DNA of 64,000 nt from Sedimentisphaerales bacterium (GTDB lineage: Bacteria > Planctomycetota > Phycisphaerae > Sedimentisphaerales > Anaerobacaceae). The notes below the pieces were generated by a model. That model saw nothing but the letters and a program-made list of their open reading frames with translations, was not told the DNA's origin and did no database searches. A program made the position numbers and the translations under genes. This document shows positions 43,985-53,612 of this stretch, piece after piece. Position 1 is the first letter of the stretch. Each line of letters begins with the position of its first letter. Location of the stretch: the NCBI GenBank assembly GCA_963708075.1, contig OY970194.1, positions 5,088,001 through 5,152,000 of the forward strand, given 5' to 3'.

Positions 43985-44290
43985 AGGGATCGGCGATCAG
44001 GGGTCGGGGACGGACGGCGGGACGCCGGATTTCGGATTGCGGAGTAGGGAGGAGCGGCTGGATGCCGTGCGATTGCGGATCGGGGGTTCATTTCGGTGGT
44101 TCGTGTCCTTCGCGGCTGAAAAAGACAGAAGAATCGGTGTGTGAAACACACCCTGCCGGCTGTCGCCATTGCCGTGTCCCGGCTCTTTATCTGCGTTCAT
44201 CGGCGGTTGAGAAGCGGTTGCTTGTTGATGGTTGTTCGTTGTTCGTTCGAAACCTTTGCGGTCTTGGCGTGCTTGGCGAGAGGCGATCTT
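43985..44290 (-). repeat. about 305-bp mosaic repeat, right arm (inverted)
   Basis: Reverse complement matches 39529..39846 with few substitutions and a different heptamer copy number. Confidence 0.9.
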
Positions 44291-44758
44291 TTCTTGTGAA
44301 GAGTCCGCATGGGCTGAAGCCCATCCTACCCTCCGCGGTTCAGAAAAGGATTGGATTCCCGGCCCGGGGCGGAAAGACAGATTGGTTGTGCGAACATACG
44401 TAGTTCACCCCATTGACGCGCCGACTGTTTTGAGGTGTAATGGCCGCGTTACGAGTGCAATAATGATACTAACTCAGATCTTTGAAAGACTGAACTCAAG
44501 GCACTCCGTAACAGGGAGATAGATGGAACGGAGAACGCTACGGATAGCGCCACGGATGGCGCTTGTCTCCCCTCTTCGCCGGCAGAGTCCTTACCCCCCC
44601 CCACAGTGGTCTGACGTCCTCTCTCGCTCTATTGGCCCGGACGGCGGCCCGAGTGATTGCGGAGTGCGGAATGAGGAGCAGTAATCGGTAGCCGGTAGTC
44701 GGTAGTCGGTTGGAAACCTGGATTCCCACCCCCGATCAGGTCGAGGGCAGGCTCTTCG

Positions 44759-44810
44759 CGGGAATGATATAGAAGGGCGGCGGGGCGGGTCAGGAGTTGG
44801 TGGTGAGGGC
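44759..44810. repeat. direct repeat duplicating the mcsB 3' end
   Basis: CGGGAATGATATAGAAGGGCGGCGGGGCGGGTCAGGAGTTGGTGGTGAGGGC is similar to 45589..45641. Confidence 0.85.
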
Positions 44811-44855
44811 GTGCCGATTGCGGATTGAGACCGGTTGTCAGTCCCCGGTTGGCGG

Positions 44856-45101
44856 TTAGACGGGGACTTTGGCTTTGTCGTAGAGGAATTCGGGCGCGAA
44901 GTCAGCTCCGTTGGGCCAGGTAATGGTGTGCAGATCGGGGTTGATGACAAAGGTCTTGAAGTAGGCCGGGTCTTTGAGCGGCTCGAAGACCTCGCCGTCC
45001 AATTCGTTGCGAAGATCGACATCGCCCTCGGCGCCGTCGGCGAACCGGACGTGAATCACGTAGTCGCGGACATGCTCGGCTTCGATCACTCTCGGTATCA
45101 T
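44856..45101 (-). CDS. DUF2442 putative antitoxin
   Basis: VRFADGAEGDVDL...GEVFEPLKD...TITWPNGADFAPEFLY. Confidence 0.85.
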   Translation of the reverse strand: MIPRVIEAEHVRDYVIHVRFADGAEGDVDLRNELDGEVFEPLKDPAYFKTFVINPDLHTITWPNGADFAPEFLYDKAKVPV

Positions 45102-45105
45102 TTTA

Positions 45106-45363
45106 CTACTCCAGCGGCTCGATCTTTTGCAGTGGGCGTCTGGCCTTGGCCCGTTGCCAGTTGTCGAGCAGGTCGTCCTTGTGCAGGTCCAGCCATTCCA
45201 ACACCAGCCGCAAGGCGCGCTTGGGGAACCAACCGTCAACAATGCCTGTTTCGATGTCTACGGTGACTTCATAGTCCGCGTATGTCGCGTGAAAATGCGG
45301 CGGCGCGTGGTCACGGTAGAACATGCCGATCACGATCCCAAGAAACCTGGATATCTCTGGCAT
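45106..45363 (-). CDS. DUF4160 putative toxin
   Basis: MPEISRFLGIVIGMFYRDHAPPHFHATY...W...H..DLLDNW...KIEPLE. Confidence 0.88.
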   Translation of the reverse strand: MPEISRFLGIVIGMFYRDHAPPHFHATYADYEVTVDIETGIVDGWFPKRALRLVLEWLDLHKDDLLDNWQRAKARRPLQKIEPLE

Positions 45364-45620
45364 AACTCAATTTTACACAAGAGTTTAGGTCGATGCAAGC
45401 TCCGGCGGGCGGATTGCGGATCGAGGAGGCAGGGGTCGGGGGTCAGGGGCGGGCGGCGGGACGCCGAATGCGGATTTCGGATTTCGGAATGCGGAGTGAA
45501 AAGGCAGCAAGAAGGTGTGCGGTGCACACCCTACACAGTCTGATCGGCGTTCATCTGCGGCTAAAAGAGACTGGATTCTCGATCAGGTCGGGAATGACAT
45601 CGGAGGGGCGGCGGGGCGGG

Positions 45621-46748
45621 TCAGGAGTTGGTGGTTAGGGCTTCGCGGATGATCTTGGCACGGAGGGCGTCGCGGTGGGCGGCGTCGAGGGACTGGCCGT
45701 AGTTGAGTTGCAGGTGGGCCGGCAGGGTGAGCATGAAGAGTCGGTTGATCGTGCGGATGGACAAGCCGTGCTGGTCGTTGGCCTCGGTGCCGTTACGCAG
45801 GGCGCAGAGACGCTGGATCGCGGGGGTGGAGGCGCCCATGTGGGCGTGCATGTTCAGGCCCAGGCGGAGGTGGCTCAGGAGAAAGAGCGCTTCCTGCGAG
45901 CTGATCAGGTGGGCGTTTTGGAGCAGGGCCATCGCCCGGGAGATTTTGTCGTCGAGGGCGTCGACCTGGCTGGTCAGGAGCTGGCGGCGGGCTTCCTTTT
46001 CGTACTCGACGACTTCGGGGATGATCTCGCCCTCGAAGCGCGAGACGATGGCTTTTTCGCTGATGCCGAGGGTGACCTGGTTGGAGAGCTGGTAGAGGTC
46101 GCTGACGGCTTCGCTGCCCTCGCCGAAGAGGCCGCGGACCGCCAGGCCCATGTCCTTGGCGGCGTTGAGGAACTTTTCGATTTGGCCGGTCAGTTTCAAC
46201 GCCGGCATGTGCAGCATCACCGACACGCGGATCCCCGTGCCCAGGTTCGTCGGGCACGCGGTCAGGTACCCGAACCGCGAGCTGAACGCATAATCAACCT
46301 TCTCCTCGATCAGGTCATCGATGCGGTCGATCTGCTCCGCGCACGCCGCAAGCTGGCACCCCGCCTTGAGCACTTGGATGCGCAGGGCATCCTCTTCGCA
46401 GATCATGGCGGTGAAGGATTCGTGCTTGGCGATGATGGCGCCGCGTGGGCCTTTGGCTTGGGCGAGATGGCGACTGATGAGGTGGCGCTCGACGAGCAGG
46501 TCGCGATGGAGGCTGGAGGCCCTCTCGACATTCACGTAGAAGACCTCGTCGCCGAGGTCCAGCGACATCAGGACGCCCTTGAGCTGGCTGAGGATTTTGG
46601 CCTTCTCCTCGTCCGAGCAGTTGCCCAGGAATCTATGCCCCGCAAGGTTCCTGGCCAGGCGAATCCGCGAGGATACGACGATGTCGGCCAGCGGCCCGCT
46701 GCCACTGAACCATTCGTTGATGTCGGTGCTGATATCGCTCAATCTCAT
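45621..46748 (-). CDS. mcsB: protein arginine kinase McsB
   Basis: SSRIRLARNL, LVERHLIS, GYLTACPTNLGTG, VRGLFGEGS, YQLSNQVTLG; downstream of mcsA. Confidence 0.92.
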   Translation of the reverse strand: MRLSDISTDINEWFSGSGPLADIVVSSRIRLARNLAGHRFLGNCSDEEKAKILSQLKGVLMSLDLGDEVFYVNVERASSLHRDLLVERHLISRHLAQAKGPRGAIIAKHESFTAMICEEDALRIQVLKAGCQLAACAEQIDRIDDLIEEKVDYAFSSRFGYLTACPTNLGTGIRVSVMLHMPALKLTGQIEKFLNAAKDMGLAVRGLFGEGSEAVSDLYQLSNQVTLGISEKAIVSRFEGEIIPEVVEYEKEARRQLLTSQVDALDDKISRAMALLQNAHLISSQEALFLLSHLRLGLNMHAHMGASTPAIQRLCALRNGTEANDQHGLSIRTINRLFMLTLPAHLQLNYGQSLDAAHRDALRAKIIREALTTNS

Positions 46749-46786
46749 CGTAATCGCCTATGACTACCCCCGGCGTCGCGCCCGGT

Positions 46787-47281
46787 CTATTCCATCTTCT
46801 TGATCTCGTCGCGGAGCTTGGCCGCAAGCTCGTAATCCTCGTTCCGCACCGCCACGTCCAACTGCCGCCGCAGGTTCGTCAGTTCCACGAGCCGCCTGGT
46901 CGCCTGGGGCGTCTTCGACGGCACCTTGCCCGTATGCGTCGTATTGCCCCCATGGGCCCGCTCGATCAGCGGCAGCAACGCCGCCTCGAACACCTCATAA
47001 TCATCCGGGCACCCCAGCATCCCCTCCTTGCGGAGCCGCGCCAGGCTGAACCCGCAGTTCGGGCACACCGTCTGCTGGTCCGACGGCCCGAAGATCTCGT
47101 CATCCCCCGGCTGCGACGCCAGCAGATGGCTCAGCAGCTCATTGATCGACATCTGGCTCTGTGCGGCGATCCCCTGATCCGCGGCACATTGCTCGCAGAT
47201 ATGCATCTCCGTCCGCACCCCCTCGCTGATCTCCGTCAGATGGATTGTCGCTGTCCGCTTATTGCATATCTGGCACTGCAT
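46787..47281 (-). CDS. mcsA: McsA (CxxC motifs + UVR domain)
   Basis: CQIC, CEQC, CPNC, LGCPDDY, HTGKVP, EDYELAAKLRDEI. Confidence 0.92.
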   Translation of the reverse strand: MQCQICNKRTATIHLTEISEGVRTEMHICEQCAADQGIAAQSQMSINELLSHLLASQPGDDEIFGPSDQQTVCPNCGFSLARLRKEGMLGCPDDYEVFEAALLPLIERAHGGNTTHTGKVPSKTPQATRRLVELTNLRRQLDVAVRNEDYELAAKLRDEIKKME

Positions 47282-47469
47282 AAATCCCGTCGAATTCGCT
47301 CCTGCGTTCACACTATCTCGATCCGGCGGTTTCCCGGACCACAACGGATACGTCCCGGCCCGCCCTGCGTTCGGCATTATACCACGCCCACACGTCCTTC
47401 ATCGGCAAATTCCCCCCCGGCAATCAACCCCCGTCGGAGGAAATCACCTTCCCTGCCATCCCCGCCCGT

Positions 47470-48260
47470 GGATACAGGCGAATGATCATTCGCCCCTACA
47501 TCCATTTACCTGCCCATTATACGCCCCGCCCCGCAATCCGCAACCCGCAATCGGCCCGATCCCTGATCCCCGACCCTGACCCCTGCCTCTTCATTCCGCA
47601 ATCAGGTCATTGCGAGCGAAGCGCGGCAATCTCCATCTTCCGACCGGAGATTTCGCAGGTTCAAGTAGGCTCTCAACCGGGAAACTACCAACCGAGAATC
47701 GCCAACTGGTCTTATTCCGCACTCCGAAATCCGCATTCCGCATTCCAACGGTCCTGCCGCCCCCCAAATCATCAATCGTACATCATCAATCATCCATCCC
47801 TTGGCCCCTGACACCTGCTCCTCATTCCGCAATCCGGTGCCCCCGCCGTCGTGCCTCGAAAGCCGAAATTGCCCAATCCGCCGTCTCATTAGACGCGGAC
47901 GGCACCGATTCTTGCAGGGTGTGCACGGCACACCGACGCCTCTATCAACACCTGTCCTGCCACAGAGACCACCGAGGACACCGAGAACCTGAGAGAGCAT
48001 GTAGGATGGGCTTTAGCCCATGCGGACTCTTGTTCGACGCGGATTCCACGGATTCACACGCATTCTCGTAGGGTGGGGCTCGCCCCACCGTCCTCCCATG
48101 CCATTTCCGCGAACGCGGTAGGGGCGAATCATCATTCGCCCGCACATCTTCACCACGAAGAGCCTGCCCTCGACCTGATCGGGGGACACGAAGAGCCCAG
48201 CGCGGCCTTCAGCCGCAACCAAAAAATGTGCTCGCACAAAGGCACCAGGACACGAAGAAG
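47470..48260. repeat. dense mosaic of short repeat families
   Basis: TCCGCA(A/T/C) heptamers, GTCATTGCGAGCGAAGCGCGGCAATCTC, GTAGGATGGGCTTTAGCCCA, GTAGGGTGGGGCTCGCCCCACC, GTAGGGGCGAATCATCATTCGCCC and CACGAAG units. Similar mosaics occur at 40790..41150, 45400..45600 and 53800..54235. Confidence 0.85.
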
Positions 48261-48351
48261 GACAGATGTGGGAATGGCTGCTGGGATGAGCAGTAGAGAT
48301 GTGGCTGCGGCTGCGTGTCAGCCGTGCTCAATGCAGATGCATCCGGCCAAC

Positions 48352-48840
48352 TCAGACGGAGGCTGCATCGTCAACGTCTTCCACCAACATGCAGGGCAGG
48401 GGATCTTCTCCCGTCTGCTTTCGCCACTCCACGATCGTGTGGAGTACAATAGATGCGGCTCTGACTCTTCTGTCCGTATCGTGTTCTCCCGCCAGCGCAA
48501 AACGCCCCAGTTCCATTTCCAACTGTGACCCGTCTTCTCTCGACCCAATGTCCTTGGCCATCCTGTAGCGGTCCACCAACAACTCAAGGAAAGCCGAAAT
48601 GGCCTCCGGCTTGATGTCGCCGTTCATGTTGTGCTGATAGATCCCAACGTACAAACGCAATACCTCCGTTAAGCCGAGCCGGTTCTCAGAGTGCTCCGCC
48701 CAGGGCAGAAAAGGCAGGCAGGCGAAATGCAACCAGAAGGCTTCCATCTTGGTGTATCCGACCGCCTGAAGTTGCGCACTGTGAGATCGGTAGAGCAGAT
48801 ACAGCGAGCTTAACGTTTGAACTTGTTGCTCTCGGCTCAT
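48352..48840 (-). CDS. hypothetical protein
   Basis: 162-codon ORF with protein-like composition; no recognised motif. Confidence 0.55.
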   Translation of the reverse strand: MSREQQVQTLSSLYLLYRSHSAQLQAVGYTKMEAFWLHFACLPFLPWAEHSENRLGLTEVLRLYVGIYQHNMNGDIKPEAISAFLELLVDRYRMAKDIGSREDGSQLEMELGRFALAGEHDTDRRVRAASIVLHTIVEWRKQTGEDPLPCMLVEDVDDAASV

Positions 48841-49299
48841 GTTCTCACGCCAAACAGCATGTCTTTCGGTTGCCAACCGGTGATGCGCTTGCCCCGTATG
48901 GCACTATGGTCCTTCTCCCTTCAAGTGCCTTCATGGCCTTCCCATGTAACGCGGTTTCTGAGGTTCTCGGAAGAAAATCTGCGCCCCGGCCGGACGCCAT
49001 CCTGGGTAGCCACGGTTGGCGGTTCGCCTGTCCCTTCGCCCCATGCTTTAGCAGGAGGTCGGCGACAGAGCGGCGTAGATGCATTGGAGTGGACGTATAT
49101 CGATGTCCGCCCGGGACGAGCGGCTGAGCCATGGCCGAGGCTGGGATTCACCTATTCCTTTGCCACGGACGTGTGTAGCAACCGGAGGACCGTTGGGTGG
49201 TTGTAGATGTGAACACAGGGATGGTCCTCCCGGTCGTCCCTTAACATAGTCAGCGACAGTCACCGACTACTTGCGCCAATAATAGGTGACTGTCCCTAG

Positions 49300-49474
49300 T
49301 ATCCGTTCGACAAAGGCCCCGAAGTCCTTCAACCGCACGCCCACGTGGGAGAGATAACTCATCATGCCTCCGACATTGGCCAGGATGCGCTGCATGCCCC
49401 GAATCCGCACGCGATCCCAGCCGCTGAGAACCCCCCGTGACATCCTTGTGATACTTCTGTATAGAAGCCTCCAT
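49300..49474 (-). pseudogene. 5' stub of a putative transposase-like gene
   Basis: AAAGGAG RBS, MEASIQKYHKDVTG / VLSGWDRVRIRGMQRILANVGGMMSYL...LKDFGAFVER, cut off at the hairpin at 49255..49294. Family assignment is from recall only. Confidence 0.45.
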
Positions 49475-49965
49475 GGCGTTGCTCCTTTGGAACGATACTG
49501 TTCGGCAAAAGCAATACCGTACCCCAAAGCGCAACGCCTTTCACCTATTTTGGTTGCGGCCGAGCGTAGCAAGGCCGCGCTGGGTCCTTCGTGCCCTTCG
49601 TGGTTAAAGAATTCGGGACAGGTCAAGGGCCGAACGCCATGCACGCTCCGGCATTTTGCAGATTCATGCATATTCGGCCCTCGGAAATGCAGGACTTGCC
49701 TGCACAATTAGGTGTTTCCACGAATAGATATGTGCGACCGGGGCGTGGTAGAATTCTCCCGGCTTTTCGGTCGAGCACGGAGGTTCGGCCTGTGTCACGG
49801 AGGATGGGTCACGCTCTAGTGTCGGTACGGAGAGGGTCTTTCGATAACAAATAGTGGTCGGCCGGACCTTGTCGGTCCCTTTGCGCCCGCCGTCATGGCT
49901 TCATCGTTTGATGTCCGTCGGTCATGAGCAGAAACGGTCTATCATCCAGGGAAAGGAGAACAGAG

Positions 49966-50742
49966 ATGAACACTCGAATGGTGATAATTGCATTGGCGCT
50001 TGCCATAACAGGAGCGCCTGTGGCTGTGCCGGCCTATGGGGCCGTGACGGTGGTCTCGCAGTACTACAGGGCGTGGGGCGGGGCCTACGGCGGAATATGG
50101 GACGACACCTCCCCTTTCCGTACGCCGCTGGCTTCTTTCCAGCAAAGCTACTCCAGTGAATCTCATGCACTACCTGTGTCCGGCTACTGTGAAGTGCCTT
50201 GGACTTTGGGCGACCTCAATGGCTATATCGGCGCCGGCAGCGAAGCAGGCATGTTTCGCGTCAGATCATATACCACGGGGGACGGTTCGTACCGGCAGGA
50301 CGGCATCGCGTCACATTCACACGCTGAGTCCCGGGTGGCCTTCCAACCAGACGCGCGTGAATTGGAACTCGTACTGACGGCGCTTCCTGTGGACGCATGG
50401 GTCTGGTGGCTCAACCCGCCCTTCGAGGGTTTTGGCTTCGTCCTAACCGATCTCACCACGAATGTGCCGATCGCATCAGAAGCGTGGGTCGAGGCGAGGA
50501 ACATGTTGCTCTGGGAAGAATGGATGGGCGACGACTTCACGCAAGGGTTCAAAGGCAGATACGCGGTTGACGTGAGCCATACGTATGAGTTGCTGCTCTG
50601 GGCCGGGGTCGTGGACTCGATGGACGATGATTGTGGTTACGATGTCACGCTACTGGCCGAGATGCATTGCATCCCCGCCCCAGGCGGCCTCTTGCTCGCC
50701 ACCATCGGCGCCGGGTTTGTGGGCTGGTTGCGGAGACGATGA
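49966..50742 (+). CDS. secreted protein with a PEP-CTERM-like (IPAP) sorting signal
   Basis: Signal peptide; C-terminal IPAPGGLLLATIGAGFVGWLRRR; AAGGAG RBS. Confidence 0.85.
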   Translation: MNTRMVIIALALAITGAPVAVPAYGAVTVVSQYYRAWGGAYGGIWDDTSPFRTPLASFQQSYSSESHALPVSGYCEVPWTLGDLNGYIGAGSEAGMFRVRSYTTGDGSYRQDGIASHSHAESRVAFQPDARELELVLTALPVDAWVWWLNPPFEGFGFVLTDLTTNVPIASEAWVEARNMLLWEEWMGDDFTQGFKGRYAVDVSHTYELLLWAGVVDSMDDDCGYDVTLLAEMHCIPAPGGLLLATIGAGFVGWLRRR

Positions 50743-50801
50743 GTCTCGCACGTGGAGGACGGCCACGGCCTAGGTCGTAGCCAACAGAAAGGAGAAGGTG
50801 T

Positions 50802-51506
50802 ATGAGAAGAATGGTCATTGTTTTTGGCATTGCATTGTCCACGGCCTTGGCAGTTGCCAGGCCGTCGCTGGCCGCGGTCACCATCCTCAGCGGAGAACAA
50901 CACATCTGGGGCGCGGCGGAATGCACCTACTACGTCGGGGATCCGCCGGGCGTGCCTGTCACAGAGCACGATTCGTACGATTCCGGGGTAGTCCCCTGGG
51001 ACGGTTCATTCCTGTCGGACATAGCGCACGTTGACCCGCACGTCTACGGCCACAGTTGTATCGGCGGCCTCTATGCGTATGTGGAAAGCGATGCCTGGTC
51101 GCCGGACCTGGACTACGCCGGGGCCAGGGCGACCGCCGAGGGCACCTGGACCTTCCGGCCGGGTGGAGACAGGCTCATCCTGGCGACGGAGTTCTTCCTG
51201 TGGAATTACCAGTTGGATCACTTGCTCATCGCTGTGACGGATCTGACGTCCGCCGATCAACTCTATTATCTTCGGGATCAGCCTCCGATGAACTCGATCG
51301 ATGGCCAGCGACTCGAAGAGGTGCTCTCGGTCGACCCCACGCATGAGTACCGCCTGGATGTGTACCTGCATTCGGGCGCCAACGACGATGGGCCGTGGTA
51401 CGGCTTGATCCAAGTGCTGGACCCCGTTCCCGCCCCCGGCGCCGGGCTGCTCGGGATGCTCGGCATGGGCCTTCTTGGCTGGCTCCGCAGACGCAAAACC
51501 CTGTAG
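50802..51506 (+). CDS. secreted protein with a PEP-CTERM-like (VPAP) sorting signal
   Basis: Signal peptide; C-terminal VPAPGAGLLGMLGMGLLGWLRRRKTL; resembles the upstream gene. Confidence 0.85.
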   Translation: MRRMVIVFGIALSTALAVARPSLAAVTILSGEQHIWGAAECTYYVGDPPGVPVTEHDSYDSGVVPWDGSFLSDIAHVDPHVYGHSCIGGLYAYVESDAWSPDLDYAGARATAEGTWTFRPGGDRLILATEFFLWNYQLDHLLIAVTDLTSADQLYYLRDQPPMNSIDGQRLEEVLSVDPTHEYRLDVYLHSGANDDGPWYGLIQVLDPVPAPGAGLLGMLGMGLLGWLRRRKTL

Positions 51507-51553
51507 CCGAATCACGCCAACATGGCAGTGGTGAAAAGGGGTCAGGGAAAAGG

Positions 51554-51628
51554 GAAAAGGGGTCAGGCTTTGGGTATTGGCGCGGAAGAATAGGGTCGGC
51601 ACCTACATCCAAAGCCTGACCCCTTTTC
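51554..51628. repeat. perfect 20-bp inverted repeat (GGGGTCAG family)
   Basis: GAAAAGGGGTCAGGCTTTGG ... CCAAAGCCTGACCCCTTTTC; related half-site at 31757..31780. Confidence 0.85.
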
Positions 51629-51731
51629 TCTTTCTGTTCCGGCGACTCTTCAAGGACCACTTGAATGGCACCTAGCCTTCACCTCTGTCAAGTTAGCAGA
51701 ACGCCCCTCTGAGATTGCTGACTACAACGGG

Positions 51732-53612
51732 TTGAAACGCCTCATAGACATTTCACACGATGCTCACTACATGATCACTCTCACTTTCAAGGAGGGTTTC
51801 ATGAAAGGATTCGCATGTGAGAAGAATGTCGCAGAAAGGTCTATTGTCTGGGCAATGATCAGGGGGGTCTCTTTGGTGAGTGAGCAAGCGGTGACTGAAG
51901 ATCAGGTCGAGCACGTGGTTGATTCAATAGTCACTGATGAGGATGCAAAGAGCTTCCATGCCCTGAGGGCTGCCACGTTTCTCCATTATGTCGCTGAGTC
52001 CCTGCCGAAGCCCATTGTGATTGATGGATGGGATGACGCTTCCTTGCGAATAGGACTTGGATGGTTGGGTAGGTCACGAGATGCTGGTTCGGATATCGTC
52101 GGGATTGATGACTGTACCACGTATATCAAGCAACTGCTGGATCGTCTGTGGGCTGACATCAAGAAGCTCCTTTCTACACTCGACCGGGAGAAACTCGTCG
52201 AGAAGCTGATTCTGAATATAGAGGCAGCACGTGTCGAACGAAACCAGTGGAAGAATACGATCAGGGCTTGCCTTGCTCAACATGTTGACAAAGAAGACGT
52301 ATTCCAGGCGGCGACAACCAAGCAGTATTCTCTAAATGCGGCGATGCTTGGATCCCGGATTGTGATTGAAATGGCACTATGCGAGTGTCCGCTGACTGAC
52401 GGGGCAAGTCCTGGAGAGATTGAAGTTGCCCGGCTCCTCGCATACGCCTCTCTCATGTATCATATGGGTGGATATTCTGACGCAATCAGATATGAGGCCA
52501 TGCCGGCAAAGATCAGGGTATCTCATTTCGGCGATGTCATGATGGACCACTCATTCACAGACACGGTACTCCATAGGTTTGGCACCGAGATCCAGAAACG
52601 GACACTGCGATCTGCGGCGCAGAAATATGGCGACTTGTTTCGGGAGCCGGAAGGCGTGGCATGCGTCGGCGACCTGTTTGTGACCGAATTCAATGACGCA
52701 TGGTTGGATGAGTATGGGTTTACCATTGATCAGTGCAGGGCGTATATTGATCATCTTGAAGATTTAGCCTTGAAAGAGAATACCCCTGTCGTGCGCCTTC
52801 ATTCCCATGATCTCCTGGACCTGGGGAGTGACGACATTGGTCTATCGCGTGAGACGATGAAAGCGATAGTGGATGCGCTTAGGCTCTGGCCGAGAGACAC
52901 GTGGCCGTCCGCACCGGATGGCTTTTCAGACAGAGATTGGCAGCCCTGGAAATTTCGACGGCGACTGTCTGTGGTGGAAAGACCCTTCGTACAATTGGAT
53001 AATGGGGATGATCCATTGTTCCTTGTAGCCCCGGACTTGATCAGGGAGGGATTTGCCTATGTACTCCGATGTTCGTATGAGGCTACTTACGAGGAGAGGC
53101 GATTCAAATCTCACAAGATGCGGAAATGGATTGGCACTCGAAGAAACGCCGCCGGCCATGATTTCAACGAGAAAGTGGCAGAGCGTCTCCGTACGTTGGG
53201 CTGGATGGCACGATCAAACGTCAAGTTGACTGAAATACTGAACACCAAATTAGATCGGAACTACGGCGATGTCGATGTGCTGGCGTGGAACAAGAAGCTC
53301 AATCGTGTCATGGCCATCGAATGTAAAGACCTGGGATCAGCAAAAACGCATGGAGAGATTGCCTCACAACTCCAACAGTTTCGGGGACGCGACACCGACA
53401 AAGGCAAACCAGACAGACTGAAGAAGCATCTCGATAGACTGGAGGTGCTTCAATCCAAGCGAGAAGCAGTCGCTAGGTATGTTGGATGGGGACGGCTCTT
53501 GAGCATCGAAGGGCACCTCGTATTTGAGAACTTGGTCCCGGTCATTTTCTCCCTGGATGACACTCTGGCGAAAGTAAAGATCACCGAATACGACTTCCTG
53601 GACTCAATCTGA
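51732..53612 (+). CDS. large protein with a C-terminal PD-(D/E)xK nuclease domain, probably 5'-truncated
   Basis: GHDFNEKVAERL...YGDVDVLAW...MAIECKD. The frame stays open upstream to the 51609..51628 repeat with no ATG or RBS; visibly lower GC than the backbone. Confidence 0.7.
   Translation: MKRLIDISHDAHYMITLTFKEGFMKGFACEKNVAERSIVWAMIRGVSLVSEQAVTEDQVEHVVDSIVTDEDAKSFHALRAATFLHYVAESLPKPIVIDGWDDASLRIGLGWLGRSRDAGSDIVGIDDCTTYIKQLLDRLWADIKKLLSTLDREKLVEKLILNIEAARVERNQWKNTIRACLAQHVDKEDVFQAATTKQYSLNAAMLGSRIVIEMALCECPLTDGASPGEIEVARLLAYASLMYHMGGYSDAIRYEAMPAKIRVSHFGDVMMDHSFTDTVLHRFGTEIQKRTLRSAAQKYGDLFREPEGVACVGDLFVTEFNDAWLDEYGFTIDQCRAYIDHLEDLALKENTPVVRLHSHDLLDLGSDDIGLSRETMKAIVDALRLWPRDTWPSAPDGFSDRDWQPWKFRRRLSVVERPFVQLDNGDDPLFLVAPDLIREGFAYVLRCSYEATYEERRFKSHKMRKWIGTRRNAAGHDFNEKVAERLRTLGWMARSNVKLTEILNTKLDRNYGDVDVLAWNKKLNRVMAIECKDLGSAKTHGEIASQLQQFRGRDTDKGKPDRLKKHLDRLEVLQSKREAVARYVGWGRLLSIEGHLVFENLVPVIFSLDDTLAKVKITEYDFLDSI

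Noticed and set aside
39440..48260. Possible CRISPR array in the repeat-rich zones
   Set aside because: No constant repeat with regularly spaced unique spacers and no cas genes; the repeats are heterogeneous palindromes and heptamers.
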